From assembly GCA_051362555.1 (NCBI GenBank), contig CM120645.1, forward strand, positions 930,001 through 994,000: a DNA stretch of 64,000 bases. Reading direction: 5' to 3'. The position numbers were made by a program, and so were the translations under genes. The notes under the pieces were generated by a model, which saw nothing but the letters and a program-made list of their open reading frames with translations, was not told the DNA's origin and did not search any database. Source of the DNA: Lingula anatina. Taxonomy: Eukaryota > Animalia > Brachiopoda. Position 1 is the first letter of the stretch, and the number at the start of each line of letters is the position of its first letter. Below, piece by piece: positions 14,615 to 25,130 of the stretch.

Positions 14615-17600
14615 AGTGTAGAATATCATGAATAAAAGAGACATCACCAAAAGTGAGCAATGCCGGTGACTGTAAATTATTACATGATTGTTGTTATGGA
14701 GATGAATTAAAGGCCTTATTGGGCATGGGAGGGGGGGGCTATTGTAAGATTTGATTTGCTAATGCTTGATGATTCAGTAGTTGAGATTTTAAAATTGAGA
14801 CCTGCAGGTTTTAATAGAAGTTTATGCACTCTGTGTGAAGTTAATGTTCAGAAAGTGCTAAATTTCATATAAATTTCTTAATAGCTGTTAGTGGCCTTGG
14901 GATAGAATATTATTGATCTGTATACAGTTGGGGGCTGTTGTCACTACTAACACAAACTTCAGTTACTGAATATTTCCCAACTAATATTAGTTTTATTTGC
15001 AACTTTGTGACCCTCTGTGCTTCTCAGTTTTTTTGTGAAATGTCCAGTTTAAAGTGTTTTCTTCAAGTGTCATTCACAATGAAATAATATATATATTTTT
15101 TACAAATTAGTTCTTGCTTTTCACTTAACATTTGGTATAACTTACTAAAGGGGCCTAGGATATTGTAATAAACTGCTTGGGTATAAACACTCCTTGAAGA
15201 ATAACCCCTGTAGATTGAGTATTAATCTATACTACTTTAGGTGCACCGACATTTCTTAGCTGTCTTGTTTAGTGGCTTGTGGTGAAATTGTTTTGTAAAT
15301 TTTAGTCTTCAATAACTTATATCAGAAATCACTGTTTACTCACCATTTTTGGGACAAAAAATCAGATTTTATCAGGGTTATGGACAAAGGCTTGAATCTA
15401 TTTATTTTATTTTATTTTTTATGGGGGGCAGGAGTTCAAATTTTTGGCAATGATGATCAGATTATTAAGCCAGTAAAATATTTAGAAATACAAACATGAA
15501 TGGAGGTAATACTCTCCTGTCTTGGTGTTTATCTACTTGGGAGGGGAGGAAAGAACATAAATGCTTTGAATATATCCACATCCAGTGTATGTCCATTGTC
15601 ATTGTGTGCACCTCTTGCTTTTACATCTTTCTTTGTTCTGTCACCAGTTTTTTATGTTGTAACTATCTACTGGCAGACTGCCCTGATGTCTGTCATGGTT
15701 TTTATTCATGAAAACCAACTTTTTACTTTGCCAACTATGTGATTGTAGTTTCATCTATTTTAACAAAAAATCTGTTCTATTTTGCTCACTTTCCTGCCTA
15801 CAGGCTCTCCGACCATGCCAAAAGTTTATTCAATGAGGTCGGCAGTGGCCACATACAAAACCTTAAGCTGCGCGATCTATGGGTGTTTGTGGGCCAGAAA
15901 GGCATTGTGGGATACAGTGAATTTGAACAGGTGACTTGCATGGTGTTACTGACGTAGCTCAATAATTGTTTAGGCTAGAAAGGTGTTAGTGGGTAATAAT
16001 TTAAATGTTCTTTTCAATACCCTTAAAATTTGGACATTTTGACTTCAGCAATGTTTGTCCTGTCACGGCAGACAGACTTGATTTTAAGGCCCCTTTTCAC
16101 ATTGAATGGTATACTTTAAGAAGACTACTGTACAGACACACTGTGGCAGGACCTAATATAATTACTTGCTTTCACAGTTTACTCCCTTCTTCAAGTTTTT
16201 CACAATTAAGCTTCCTTCTGTTAATTAGCTGTGTGTCTGTGTCAATTACAGGGGCTTCATTTCAGTGAACTGAATTATATTAAAATTAATTTGCCATAAT
16301 GAGTGTGTGTGGGGGGGGGGGGGGGGGGGTCCATTAAGATGACTATGTGACAAAGAAGCCATACTGTTTATTTGTTGATCCTCAAAGTAGACCAGCACAT
16401 TTGTATCAATAAAGTATACCATGCAATGTGCAAAGGACCAGAGAGTACCTTGACTAGCAGGCTAGTGTGAACCCATTACCAACTAGTTTCTGTACATTAT
16501 TTTCTCTACTGTGTAGCTATAATTAACAAGAGATAAATATATAATATTATCCAGTTGTACTTTCATGGTGTTGGTATTTTCCTTGCATTAGTAGCAGTGT
16601 TTGTTCAGTGGAGGACATTTGTTCCAATAGAGGCATGACATGCCTTACACTGCTTTTTATGTTTCTGCATGAAATGTGTGTGGTTTGGCTTTTACACAGT
16701 ATATATTTTAGGCATGAGACTATGAATGGGGATGAGATAGTCTTCAGTCTAGTAAAGTCCATCTCTAAATAGGTGTCTCTGATCAATGAACTGAGGTGGG
16801 CTAATGCTGAGCTGAAGACTTTGACGAAATTCTACAGATTAGATACATAGTACAGCAGGATTTTTGATATGATACAGGCATGTCTTTTATTTTAATTCAG
16901 AAAGTTTTTCTGTTTGGTGTCTTGTTAGCCTCAGACCGCCTTCAAACTCCCAGCCACAGAGCCATTTCTTCCTACTTTTTCTAACAAACGTGTCTGATGA
17001 AATGATCTCAGTATTATATTACTGTTATTTAATGTTACCATGCATGTCTTTTATCAGTTATCTCCGCCACTTTGTGACACATGTTCATTGGTTTGCCTTC
17101 CCACAATTCAGTTTTTGGAAACTATAGATGTCACCACTTGAAGTAGAGGAGTGCCAGTTACTCACTTTGGCCTTTTCAGAAAGTATCCAAAAGAAAACCA
17201 AATTGAACTATCATATGAAATAATATTGTTGTGGCAAAAATGAAGTAAATATTATGAATTTAACAAAAGTCTTTTGGACAGGTCTTGGGTGGGTCTCCTT
17301 TTATTTTCCTCATAAGCTTGGTGTAAATGTTCCTAACTTTGTTCAGCTTCCAGTGGATGGCATGCTCAGGGTTGGTAGGATGGTGTTCGCGTATTTACTT
17401 GCAGTGTCACTTGTTACGTGTCACATTGGTTTGTGAAGCATGTTCACGGGTATGTCTGATTATGACTGGATTGGAGCACTTTATTAAACTGGCTGGTGAT
17501 GTGCAATCGAGTTCACTTGAGAGATGAAGGAAGGTTTTGTACTTTGTGAATGTTTATCAAGATCTTTTCTAACTGTGCAGCTTGCTCATGGGAAAGGGAA

Positions 17601-19355
17601 AATGGTGTGTACTTTTATTTATTTATTTATTTATTTATTTATTTTTGCTTGGGAATGGCATATTTGGGTGAATGTACTTTTGAATCAGTTTTGAGAGTGC
17701 TTCCATCGTTTGGTTTCGGCTGTCAGGTGGATACATCTGGTTTTTTTGGTTTTGCGCAGAGAGTTGACTTTTGAGTTTGATTTCTTAGTGTGTTTATGTT
17801 TTCTGGAGCGTTACAAATCATGTTCACGATCACTACACTAGTTAAAGAATGAGATGTTGAATGCATTGTAATTTGTTCCACTTTGCTTCATTCACATTCA
17901 CCAATATGTTGCATAGCAAACCATTTTAAACAAATATAATAATTGAATACTAAATGTCAAAGTAGCATCAAAGAGATTTGAGCATTTTACTACTAGTATT
18001 ACTGACAATCAGAAAAAGGATAAATGGATTTAAAATAATTCAAGTATCAAGGTGGGGGATGCTCAGTAATCTTGCTTTTATGTTAAACAGGCACCAAAAC
18101 ACATTTTGATAAAGCTTTCCTCCTGTGAGTTGTACTGTGTGTTATGTGATATGATAACAAGGTACCTCTCTGGTTCCAGGTGAGCTATGTGACCCCGCCC
18201 AGTGAGTGGCCCACACCCATTGAAAAGAAACTGTGTATACCCAAAAAATGTGAGTGTTTTTATCGCATAGGAATCATCACACTGACATGTAGGCAACACA
18301 ATTTCAGTGACATCTAACACAATGTCAAAACTTGGTTTTGCAGTTACAGTAGCACAACTCAGATAATCATGGCAAATGCAATTTCAAAACTTGGTGTTGC
18401 AGTTACAAGTTGCAACTTGAGTGATATTACATCTTGTGCAAAATGTCACATCTAGCATGTTGTCAACCATGACACTGACATCTGGCTCTCTATCACTACT
18501 AACACACTGTCACACCTAACACACTGTGATATTAAAATTTAATCTTTATTTCTCCCTACTCTTGCAGTGGAGGGCAAGACCATCAAAATCGACCCAGTGG
18601 CCAGGAGGAATGATAAGCGCAGGGAATTTTGCAAGAAATATGAAGGCTACGGGGATTTCTGTGAAGGTAGGTGAAAACTGAAATCTGCTGGCAAATATTT
18701 ATATATTTATAATGTATGTGTTTATTTTTGCTAAGTTGTTATATCAGTGAATCACCACTTAGATCCAGGGTATTGAAGGTACTGTCACTAAGGTGGATGC
18801 CCTTTTGTCATATTCTTTTTCTCTGTATGCATACTAACAATTATTTTTTTCATGAAAAAGTGAATATATTAACTATGCTTCGTCTCCTCAAGTTGCTGTG
18901 GCCTGTGTATGTATTGTTGAGGACTTTTGGGCTCATACATTTTGACCACCCAAACATGTCTTATATTTGTATGTATGCTGTATGGATTTCAGGGAATCAC
19001 TTGGATGAAGCCCTCACGCCAGCACCCCTGTCAGATAAGGCGTTGGAAGGAAGTGCAATATTTAAAGTGCCAATTATAATAGTACCAGGTAAGTTGTTGC
19101 TTTTTACATTGAGTACAAGTTGTTGAAAGTAGTGAAGTATTTCTGAGCCAGAATTATACCTTATGCACATTTTATAGTAATTTGTCTTTGACATTATATT
19201 GTATTACACTTCATATCGTATCATATCGTATTTTGTAACATGCTCACTGAGCGGTCATAAACGGACATGTGCTGGTCAGTATCAGCCCAAATTTACCTCT
19301 TAATAGATCAATATTGGTTGGATATCTGAAGGAATATGCACACACACACACGCAT

Positions 19356-19438
<83 letters not shown>

Positions 19439-19769
19439 TTGACTCCTCACTCTGTAAGTAGACAATCCATCTATTAGGCCATCAGGTCATACCTTCCCAA
19501 TGTGCGTGTCAGTCAATGTCAACCCAAATTCAATTGTAATTGTAGTAAGTAATTATATAATATTATTATTGACTGTGTTATGTTTTAGGGCTGAGTCCAG
19601 TTTCCCTGAGAAAACTGCTGGACACTGTCCTGTTATAATATTATTATTGACTGTGTTATGTTTCAGGACTAAGTCCAGTTTCCCTGAGAAAACTGCTGGA
19701 CACTGTCTTAATGCAGCCTGGGCTCAACCCCCAGTATGTGGTGGTGAGTAGTTTGACCCCCCCCCCCCC

Positions 19770-19809
<40 letters not shown>

Positions 19810-21160
19810 AAAGATTGTCAGGGTTTTGCCTTTGTTAACTTGTTTGTTAATACCATAGTCAAAAAGTAATGGATAGATTTTGATGAATTTTTCACGATAG
19901 GTCATAAATGGGCTAAATCAAATATTTTGTTTTATTTTTTTATATATTTAATAATTTGTCATTTTATTTATTTGGTGATACATTAATTAATCAAAAAATA
20001 AAGCATCGAGCCGCCTTTGCGGTGATCTTTGTTCTGTGAGTGTTTTTCAGTATTTCACCAATTTTCTTCCACAGGTGATGTGTGATGAGAAATTCCCAGA
20101 ACAGGAAGCCCTGGGGGCACTGTATGGGTTCAAAGTACAAAGACTGTCCAGTAGCACAAAGTATGCAGGTATGGAGTGTTCTGAGAGGATCTTATACACA
20201 TACACATATTTGAACACACGCACAAGATAACACAGATTACCAAACACATGCACAAGCATGCACACACCTGCAGTAAGGCATGCACTTGTTGGTGCAGAAA
20301 TACAAGTATGCAAATATACCATTTGACCTCTAAACACAGATACAAGATATGAATATGGGTTTATTTGATACTTTGTGACCATTACTTGCTCTAATTTCTT
20401 TCAGAGCAAATAGGGAAGGCCTTAGAGAGACAAGAAGGCTTATATGATGTAAATGTAAGTACTGGGGGTCTGTCACAGTTGTTATCAGTCCACTTGATCT
20501 GGAATTTTAAGTATAGGGGCACTTTTAAAAACTTGCTTTTTTCAGCTCTTCATTTTCATACAAGTGATTTTTTTTATTAAATGATTACTTTTGTTTCTCA
20601 AGTTAAAACAATGGAAAACTTCACCTAATTGTATTTCAAAGTGTTAAAAATGATGCTTTTGTAAAACATATTTCAATCATTTTTGAGAGATTTTGACCAT
20701 TTCCTATAGCATTAAACTGTTGATTTCAGAAATATATCATTCTCCTAGAAGAAGACTTGCTGCTCTCAGCAGATTTTTTGAGTTTCATGGCTCAACTACT
20801 CCCAGTGCTGGAAAAAGATCAAAGTTTATCTGGAGTGTCGGCCTGGAATGATAATGGTAAGACAAGGTTCCCATACCTAGAACGATCTAACAGAATCGAT
20901 CCATCTCCGAGAGGTTTCTGGCAAAATTGCTTTCAGCTTAAGCGGTTTATATGTCTGACACACCTACTGAAGCTTCTAAACGAGGGTTAATTTCCCCCTG
21001 GCAGCTTCATTGGGCACGCCAGACATCTAAGCCGCTTAAGTTGATTGCAGTTTAGCGAGAACCCCCTTGGAGATAGATTGATCCACAGTTAGTACAATAG
21101 GGTCTGGGAAGGGTCCCTAATACACAGAGATTTATAATAATAATAATAATAATAATAATA

Positions 21161-21213
<53 letters not shown>

Positions 21214-21885
21214 GACAATAACTATGGCTTTTCTATATATCAGGTTATAAAGAAATTCTAACCTTGAGTTCACTATATTCTATATATCAGTATATAAAGA
21301 AGTTCTAACCTTGAGTTCACTATATTCTATATATCAGGTTATAAAGAAGTTCTAACCTTGAGTTCACTATATTCTATATATCAGGTTATAAAGAAGTAGG
21401 GGGAGATGCTCAGACTGTGATGAGAGTGGAGACATTTCCAGGACGAGGTTCTCTGATCAGGAAGTCCTTCTATCAGACACACATGAAGGGGAAGATGAAG
21501 GACTGTTGTATCAAGGGGTAAGTGTGTGTGTGTGTGTGTGCATGTGTGTGTGTGTGTGTGTGTGTGTACATGTGTGTGTACATGTGTGTGTGTGTGTGTA
21601 TGTGTGTGTGCATGGTGTGTGCATGGTGTGTGTGTGTGTGTGAATGGAAGTGATGTGTTAGTAGTGTCTTTTACATCCATTTTCTCAATAACTAAACAAT
21701 AACATTTAAGACATTTATTTTTACAATTGTGATTTTCTCTAACTTGTATGTTATATTGTGAAGTCTATTAAACATATTTAACATTTTTAGACTAGATAAA
21801 TATTATTATTATTATTATTATTATTATTCCTGCAGTACATGGCATGGCTGGCTGGCTCAGCTGTGGGGGGACAGTGAGATGCTAA

Positions 21886-21927
<42 letters not shown>

Positions 21928-21983
21928 CTGCAGTACGTGGCATGGCTGGCTGGCTCAGCTGTGGGGGGACAGTGAGATGCTAA

Positions 21984-22024
<41 letters not shown>

Positions 22025-24617
22025 TTTATTTTTATTATTCCTGCAGTACGTGGCATGGCTGGCTAGCACAGCTGTGGGGAGACAGTGAGATGTTGGTTCC
22101 AGAGGTCTCCAGGGTGTTCAGGCAGCAATATGAAGGGTCCGCAGAAGATGCAGAACTTATGCAAGCTCTATTTAATAAACCTAGACTAACTAACTTGTAA
22201 GTACTCCACTGTGTTTTTATGGTATGTGTATGTTCATTCAAGAACACAGTTTTTTGCTTGGTTATTTGAAGTATCCATTTCAGAACAACATATTGTAAAG
22301 TATTTACTCTTTTTTCCCCATTCTTTGTTTTAGAGATGCCAATGTAAAGGTCAAAGGTCAGGAAGCACTTACAAAGGACCAATATGAGCAGTTGTTACAA
22401 AATCTTATCAAGACAGCTGAGTTTGTAGAGGGCAGCACTGTGACAGACTGTCTGAATGCCAAGTCAGATACTGTCAAGTTAGCTGATACCACAAAGTAAG
22501 TGACTGGTAATGGTTGACATGATGGTCATGTTTAATGATTTTAGCTAACTAAAGTGAAATTCATGGTCTGGCCTGTAAACAGGGGGAGGGAGTCAGGAAG
22601 CACATTTTTGGCTCCACAAAGTTCCTCTCTTAATAAAGACTTAATCAAAATTCTATAAATGCATCTTATCCACTTTTCTTTTCAGAAAAAGACATCCATT
22701 TTACATCCATCCTACCCATAAATATATGATATCTATATTATCACTCCAGGGGGAGCCATGTGCTAGTCTACCACCAGGAGAGTTAACACTTTATTAATAT
22801 ATGATATATCTATATTATTATCAATCCTCACTATTTCCACTCCAGGGGGAGCTATGTACTGGTCTTCCACCAGGAGAGTTTAACACTTTATTAATATATG
22901 ATATATCTATATTATTATCAATCCTTACTATTCCCACTCCAGGGGGAGCTATGTAGTAGTCTACCACCAGGGCAGTGCTACAGACTACCAAACACTGCAG
23001 GTGCTGGCCAAGTGTTTTCACCTGTTCTGGTACCCCAAGGCAAGCCCCAGGGGTCTACACAAGGGGGTGTTGAGGTGAGTCACCATGGAGTGGAATATGA
23101 AGTAAATGACTAAGGGTGAAGGTCACAGTCCCCTGTGAGAGAGAGGGGGGGGGGGGGTGAGAGAGAATGTAGTCACACAGGAGGACTTCTGTTGCTCTCC
23201 AGTATCACTGGAATGGTAACAGGACATAATGTGTAAAATTCTGAGTAGATAAACCAAGTGTCTTCTTCAAAGTTGCTCATATTTTCCTGTATTTACTCCA
23301 TTTGATAGCATTCCAAAAATCCATTTTGATTCGAGTCCTAGGTGCTCAGTGAAATTTAGATTATTATTGTTGGCCAATGTTAAAACTGCAGGCAAAATGA
23401 GTGCTGGGAATATGGAGATAAGAAAACCACTAAATAGATCAATGACCATTGTGAGTAGTTTAAGACTCACTTAAAGCAATAATAACTCTTCGTTTCGGCC
23501 AAAAAATGAATTTTCCTGGAGTAAACAACAATTTTCCCATGCATACCAATGGTTAATGAATCCATTTTTACATTCAAAGTTAGTCCCTGGTTTTTTTCTA
23601 AAAAGTTTAGTTTTTTGTTAAAATCTCTTAAGAGATTTTAACAGAGTATAGACATCACTGGATGTCACGTGGTCTAAAGACAAGTTCAAATATCAGAATA
23701 AAAGCTATAACTGCTGTTTTTATGGTAAAACAGAATATATTATATTTCTATGAGTTATTCACAAGGTTTTTATTGTGAAATATAGGTCTCATACAAAGAG
23801 TTATTATGCCTTTAAGGTAAAGTTAATAGGGTGTGTGGGTATCTTCATTTATACTGAATTGTGGACACTTTGTAACACTTATTGATCCATTAAAAAGCAA
23901 TTTGAGAAATTGTTTTTCCTTAAAAGCACTTTACTTTTACCATCTCTGAATTTTAGATGGGGTTGGGCTTTTCATATAAGTAGTAAAATCTGTGGTTTCA
24001 GTAATTAATAAATAATCTAAAACTTAAGTGTACTCTGTTATTCCTAAATTGACAGTTTCATCTCATACTGCAGTATTTGAAGGTTTCTTTTCCAGAATTT
24101 ACCCAACAAATCAAATTTTTTCTTGAAAAAAAAAAAAAACAATTTTCTCCTAAACTGGTCATGAATAGACCCTTCCCTGATCTTACATATTGATGTATAT
24201 CATTTCTAATAATTAATTTAGTTCTAAATGACAGGCCAGTCACTTAGACTGACATGCCTTCGTGTAAATTTCAGAGGGAAATAGTGGCATTACATACTTT
24301 TATTTGATTGGTACATTTTAAAGCTCTGAATTAGGAAAGATAATCAGTTTTTGCAGGATATGAAACCATAAAAAATATGACTTTGAGGACATTTTCAAAT
24401 GTTGTTAATGTAACTTTAAGAATTTAAGGCGTACATGTTCATTGAAACAGATCAGGTAGTAGACTCATGAAGAAAAAATATAAGATATGCTCATGTTGAA
24501 AATAATTCTGTCTTCTTTAGGTTCAGCAATAAGGGGAAGCCGGTACTCCTGGTGGGATCTGAGGGCCCGTATAGATCATTGATCCCAACCACTTATAAAC
24601 TCATCAAGGCACCGTGA
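1425..24617 (+). CDS. Multi-exon POMGNT1-like protein: stem + two FAM3/ILEI domains + divergent GT13 (GnT-I family) glycosyltransferase domain; 5' end outside window
   Basis: Phase-compatible exons read by eye: 1425-1523, 3357-3443, 8898-9027, 9331-9389, 9786-9836, 10126-10210, 10505-10631, 11752-11821, 12220-12403, 12720-12829, 13148-13232, [14243-14372 or 15804-15930], 18180-18249, 18568-18666, 18993-19088, 19667-19743, 20075-20168, 20405-20454, 20730-20856, 21385-21517, 22047-22196, 22334-22495, 22943-23074, 24521-24617 (TGA). ILEI motifs: KCHLRTPC..F.F..GSG, RGL.VVVVD, FDTY, YDDAS, L.FRDS..GQKG. POMGNT1-like motifs: RREFCKKYEGYGDFC, ILLEEDL..S.DF, VSAWNDNGY, RVETFPG, PEVSR, LAKCFHL..RGLHKG. 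The first two exons are less certain. Confidence 0.9.
3045..3290. mobile_element. Degenerate fold-back MITE-like element
   Basis: Inverted arms aaatatgactgatcccacttaaaagcaa / ttgcttataaatgggtcggccatattt and cctccacatgc / gcatgtgtggagg. Ends approximate. Confidence 0.5.
5608..5733. repeat. Minisatellite, about 19-bp unit (ccagtgacctctgcccttt-like)
   Basis: About 6-7 degenerate tandem copies. Confidence 0.8.
6316..8801 (+). mobile_element. Helentron/HINE (DINE-1-like) non-autonomous element with internal tandem array
   Basis: 5' end: T-run, tgtacagaca and its inverted copy gtgtctgtaca, then a (gtc/gcc)n microsatellite and about four ~160-bp repeats. 3' end: gtctgtacat followed by a small hairpin (gacagctttgctgcc) and ttgtt. 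Confidence 0.6.
6420..7075. repeat. Tandem array of ~160-bp units, about 4 copies
   Basis: ccgataacacgataagtggaaaaccattttaccttttg recurs near 6421, 6582, 6743 and 6903. Confidence 0.9.
10875..11781 (+). repeat. 81/72-bp tandem array containing splice acceptor + exon start (11 copies)
   Basis: ctcag|GT.GT.AACAGAGGAGGTGG with exon-like starts at 10911, 10992, 11073, 11154, 11284, 11365, 11446, 11527, 11599, 11671 and 11752 (true exon). Confidence 0.95.
13852..13886. repeat. (CA)n microsatellite
   Basis: Direct observation. Confidence 0.95.
14243..14372 (+). CDS. Alternative (mutually exclusive) exon A of second ILEI domain
   Basis: ttag|...CAG|gtgctt, 130 nt, phase 2 to 0. Encodes LKLLAKKILQEMGSSLVDTLGLRDAYFFIGQKSISGGKSEHEQ, homologous to exon 15804-15930. 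Confidence 0.8.
15804..15930 (+). CDS. Alternative (mutually exclusive) exon B of second ILEI domain
   Basis: cag|...CAG|gtgact, 127 nt, phase 2 to 0. Encodes LSDHAKSLFNEVGSGHIQNLKLRDLWVFVGQKGIVGYSEFEQ. Confidence 0.85.
19338..19435. repeat. (CA)n microsatellite
   Basis: Direct observation. Confidence 0.95.
19554..19708 (+). repeat. 78-bp tandem duplication of acceptor + exon start (2 copies)
   Basis: Decoy start 19589, true exon start 19667. Confidence 0.95.
19757..19808. repeat. Poly-C tract (~50 nt) just downstream of a splice donor
   Basis: Direct observation; one T interruption. Confidence 0.9.
20861..21117. mobile_element. Palindromic MITE, diverged relative of 369-593
   Basis: TAA at both flanks; inverted arms (cagcttaagcgg / ccgcttaagttg); shared cctactgaa core. 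Confidence 0.55.
21134..21213. repeat. (AAT)n(ATT)n compound self-complementary microsatellite
   Basis: An AAT run switches directly into an ATT run. Confidence 0.9.
21231..21397 (+). repeat. 47-bp tandem array of acceptor + exon start (4 copies)
   Basis: ctatatatcag|gttataaagaa with starts at 21244, 21291 (variant), 21338 and 21385 (true exon). Confidence 0.95.
21522..21641. repeat. Imperfect (GT)n microsatellite
   Basis: Direct observation; begins right after the donor gtaag. Confidence 0.95.
21800..22095 (+). repeat. ~100-bp tandem array of (att)n + acceptor + exon start (3 copies)
   Basis: ttcctgcag|TAC.TGGCATGGCTGG with starts at 21836, 21934 and 22047 (true exon). Confidence 0.95.
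22720..22975 (+). repeat. ~96-bp tandem array of acceptor + exon start (3 copies)
   Basis: cactccag|GGGGAGC with starts at 22750, 22846 and 22943 (true exon). Confidence 0.95.
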
Positions 24618-24915
24618 TATAGCGGAGAAAGGGGGGATGGCACGCTGATAATGAAACTGAGATCAGTCCAGAAGACTGAAAATGAGAGAGAGAAGAGACG
24701 AGAGTGATTGGTGATGATTTGAGGGAGATCTTTTTTATCATTCCTTACTCAGGAACAGGTCACATATAATTAACACAGGTCCACGTCAACTAGTCACTGC
24801 TGGGCTCAGAATTGGCTGATAGCAATTTGTCCTGTTATGACCATAACATGTTTAATCTGTTACAGCTAACAGTCAGAAATGATGGCAATTAACAAGGTGG
24901 AAGGGTTTTGTGTTA

Positions 24916-25130
24916 GGCTCTGTTCTCACAACTTTTAGATCGATCTATCACCGCGGGGAGTCTCACTAGATAACTGTCAGATAATCCCCCTTAAGTGTCC
25001 ATCCCCGCCTACTACAAGCTTTAAGGGGTAATTAACTTTCGTGTCCGCCCGGCTGACAGCTATTTAGCGTGAACCCCCAGGGAGTTAGGTCGATCTAAAG
25101 TAGGTCGATCTAATCTATGAGAATGGGGTG
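24916..25130. mobile_element. Palindromic MITE, Tourist/PIF-Harbinger-like, in probable 3' UTR
   Basis: TTA flanks; similar to 369-593 (ggggagtctcactaga, aaggggtaattaact, gaacccccagggagttaggtcgatctaaa). Confidence 0.65.

Noticed and set aside
17254-17774. Short ORFs in the intron as further alternative exons
   Set aside because: No similarity to ILEI exons and no convincing phase-compatible splice sites.
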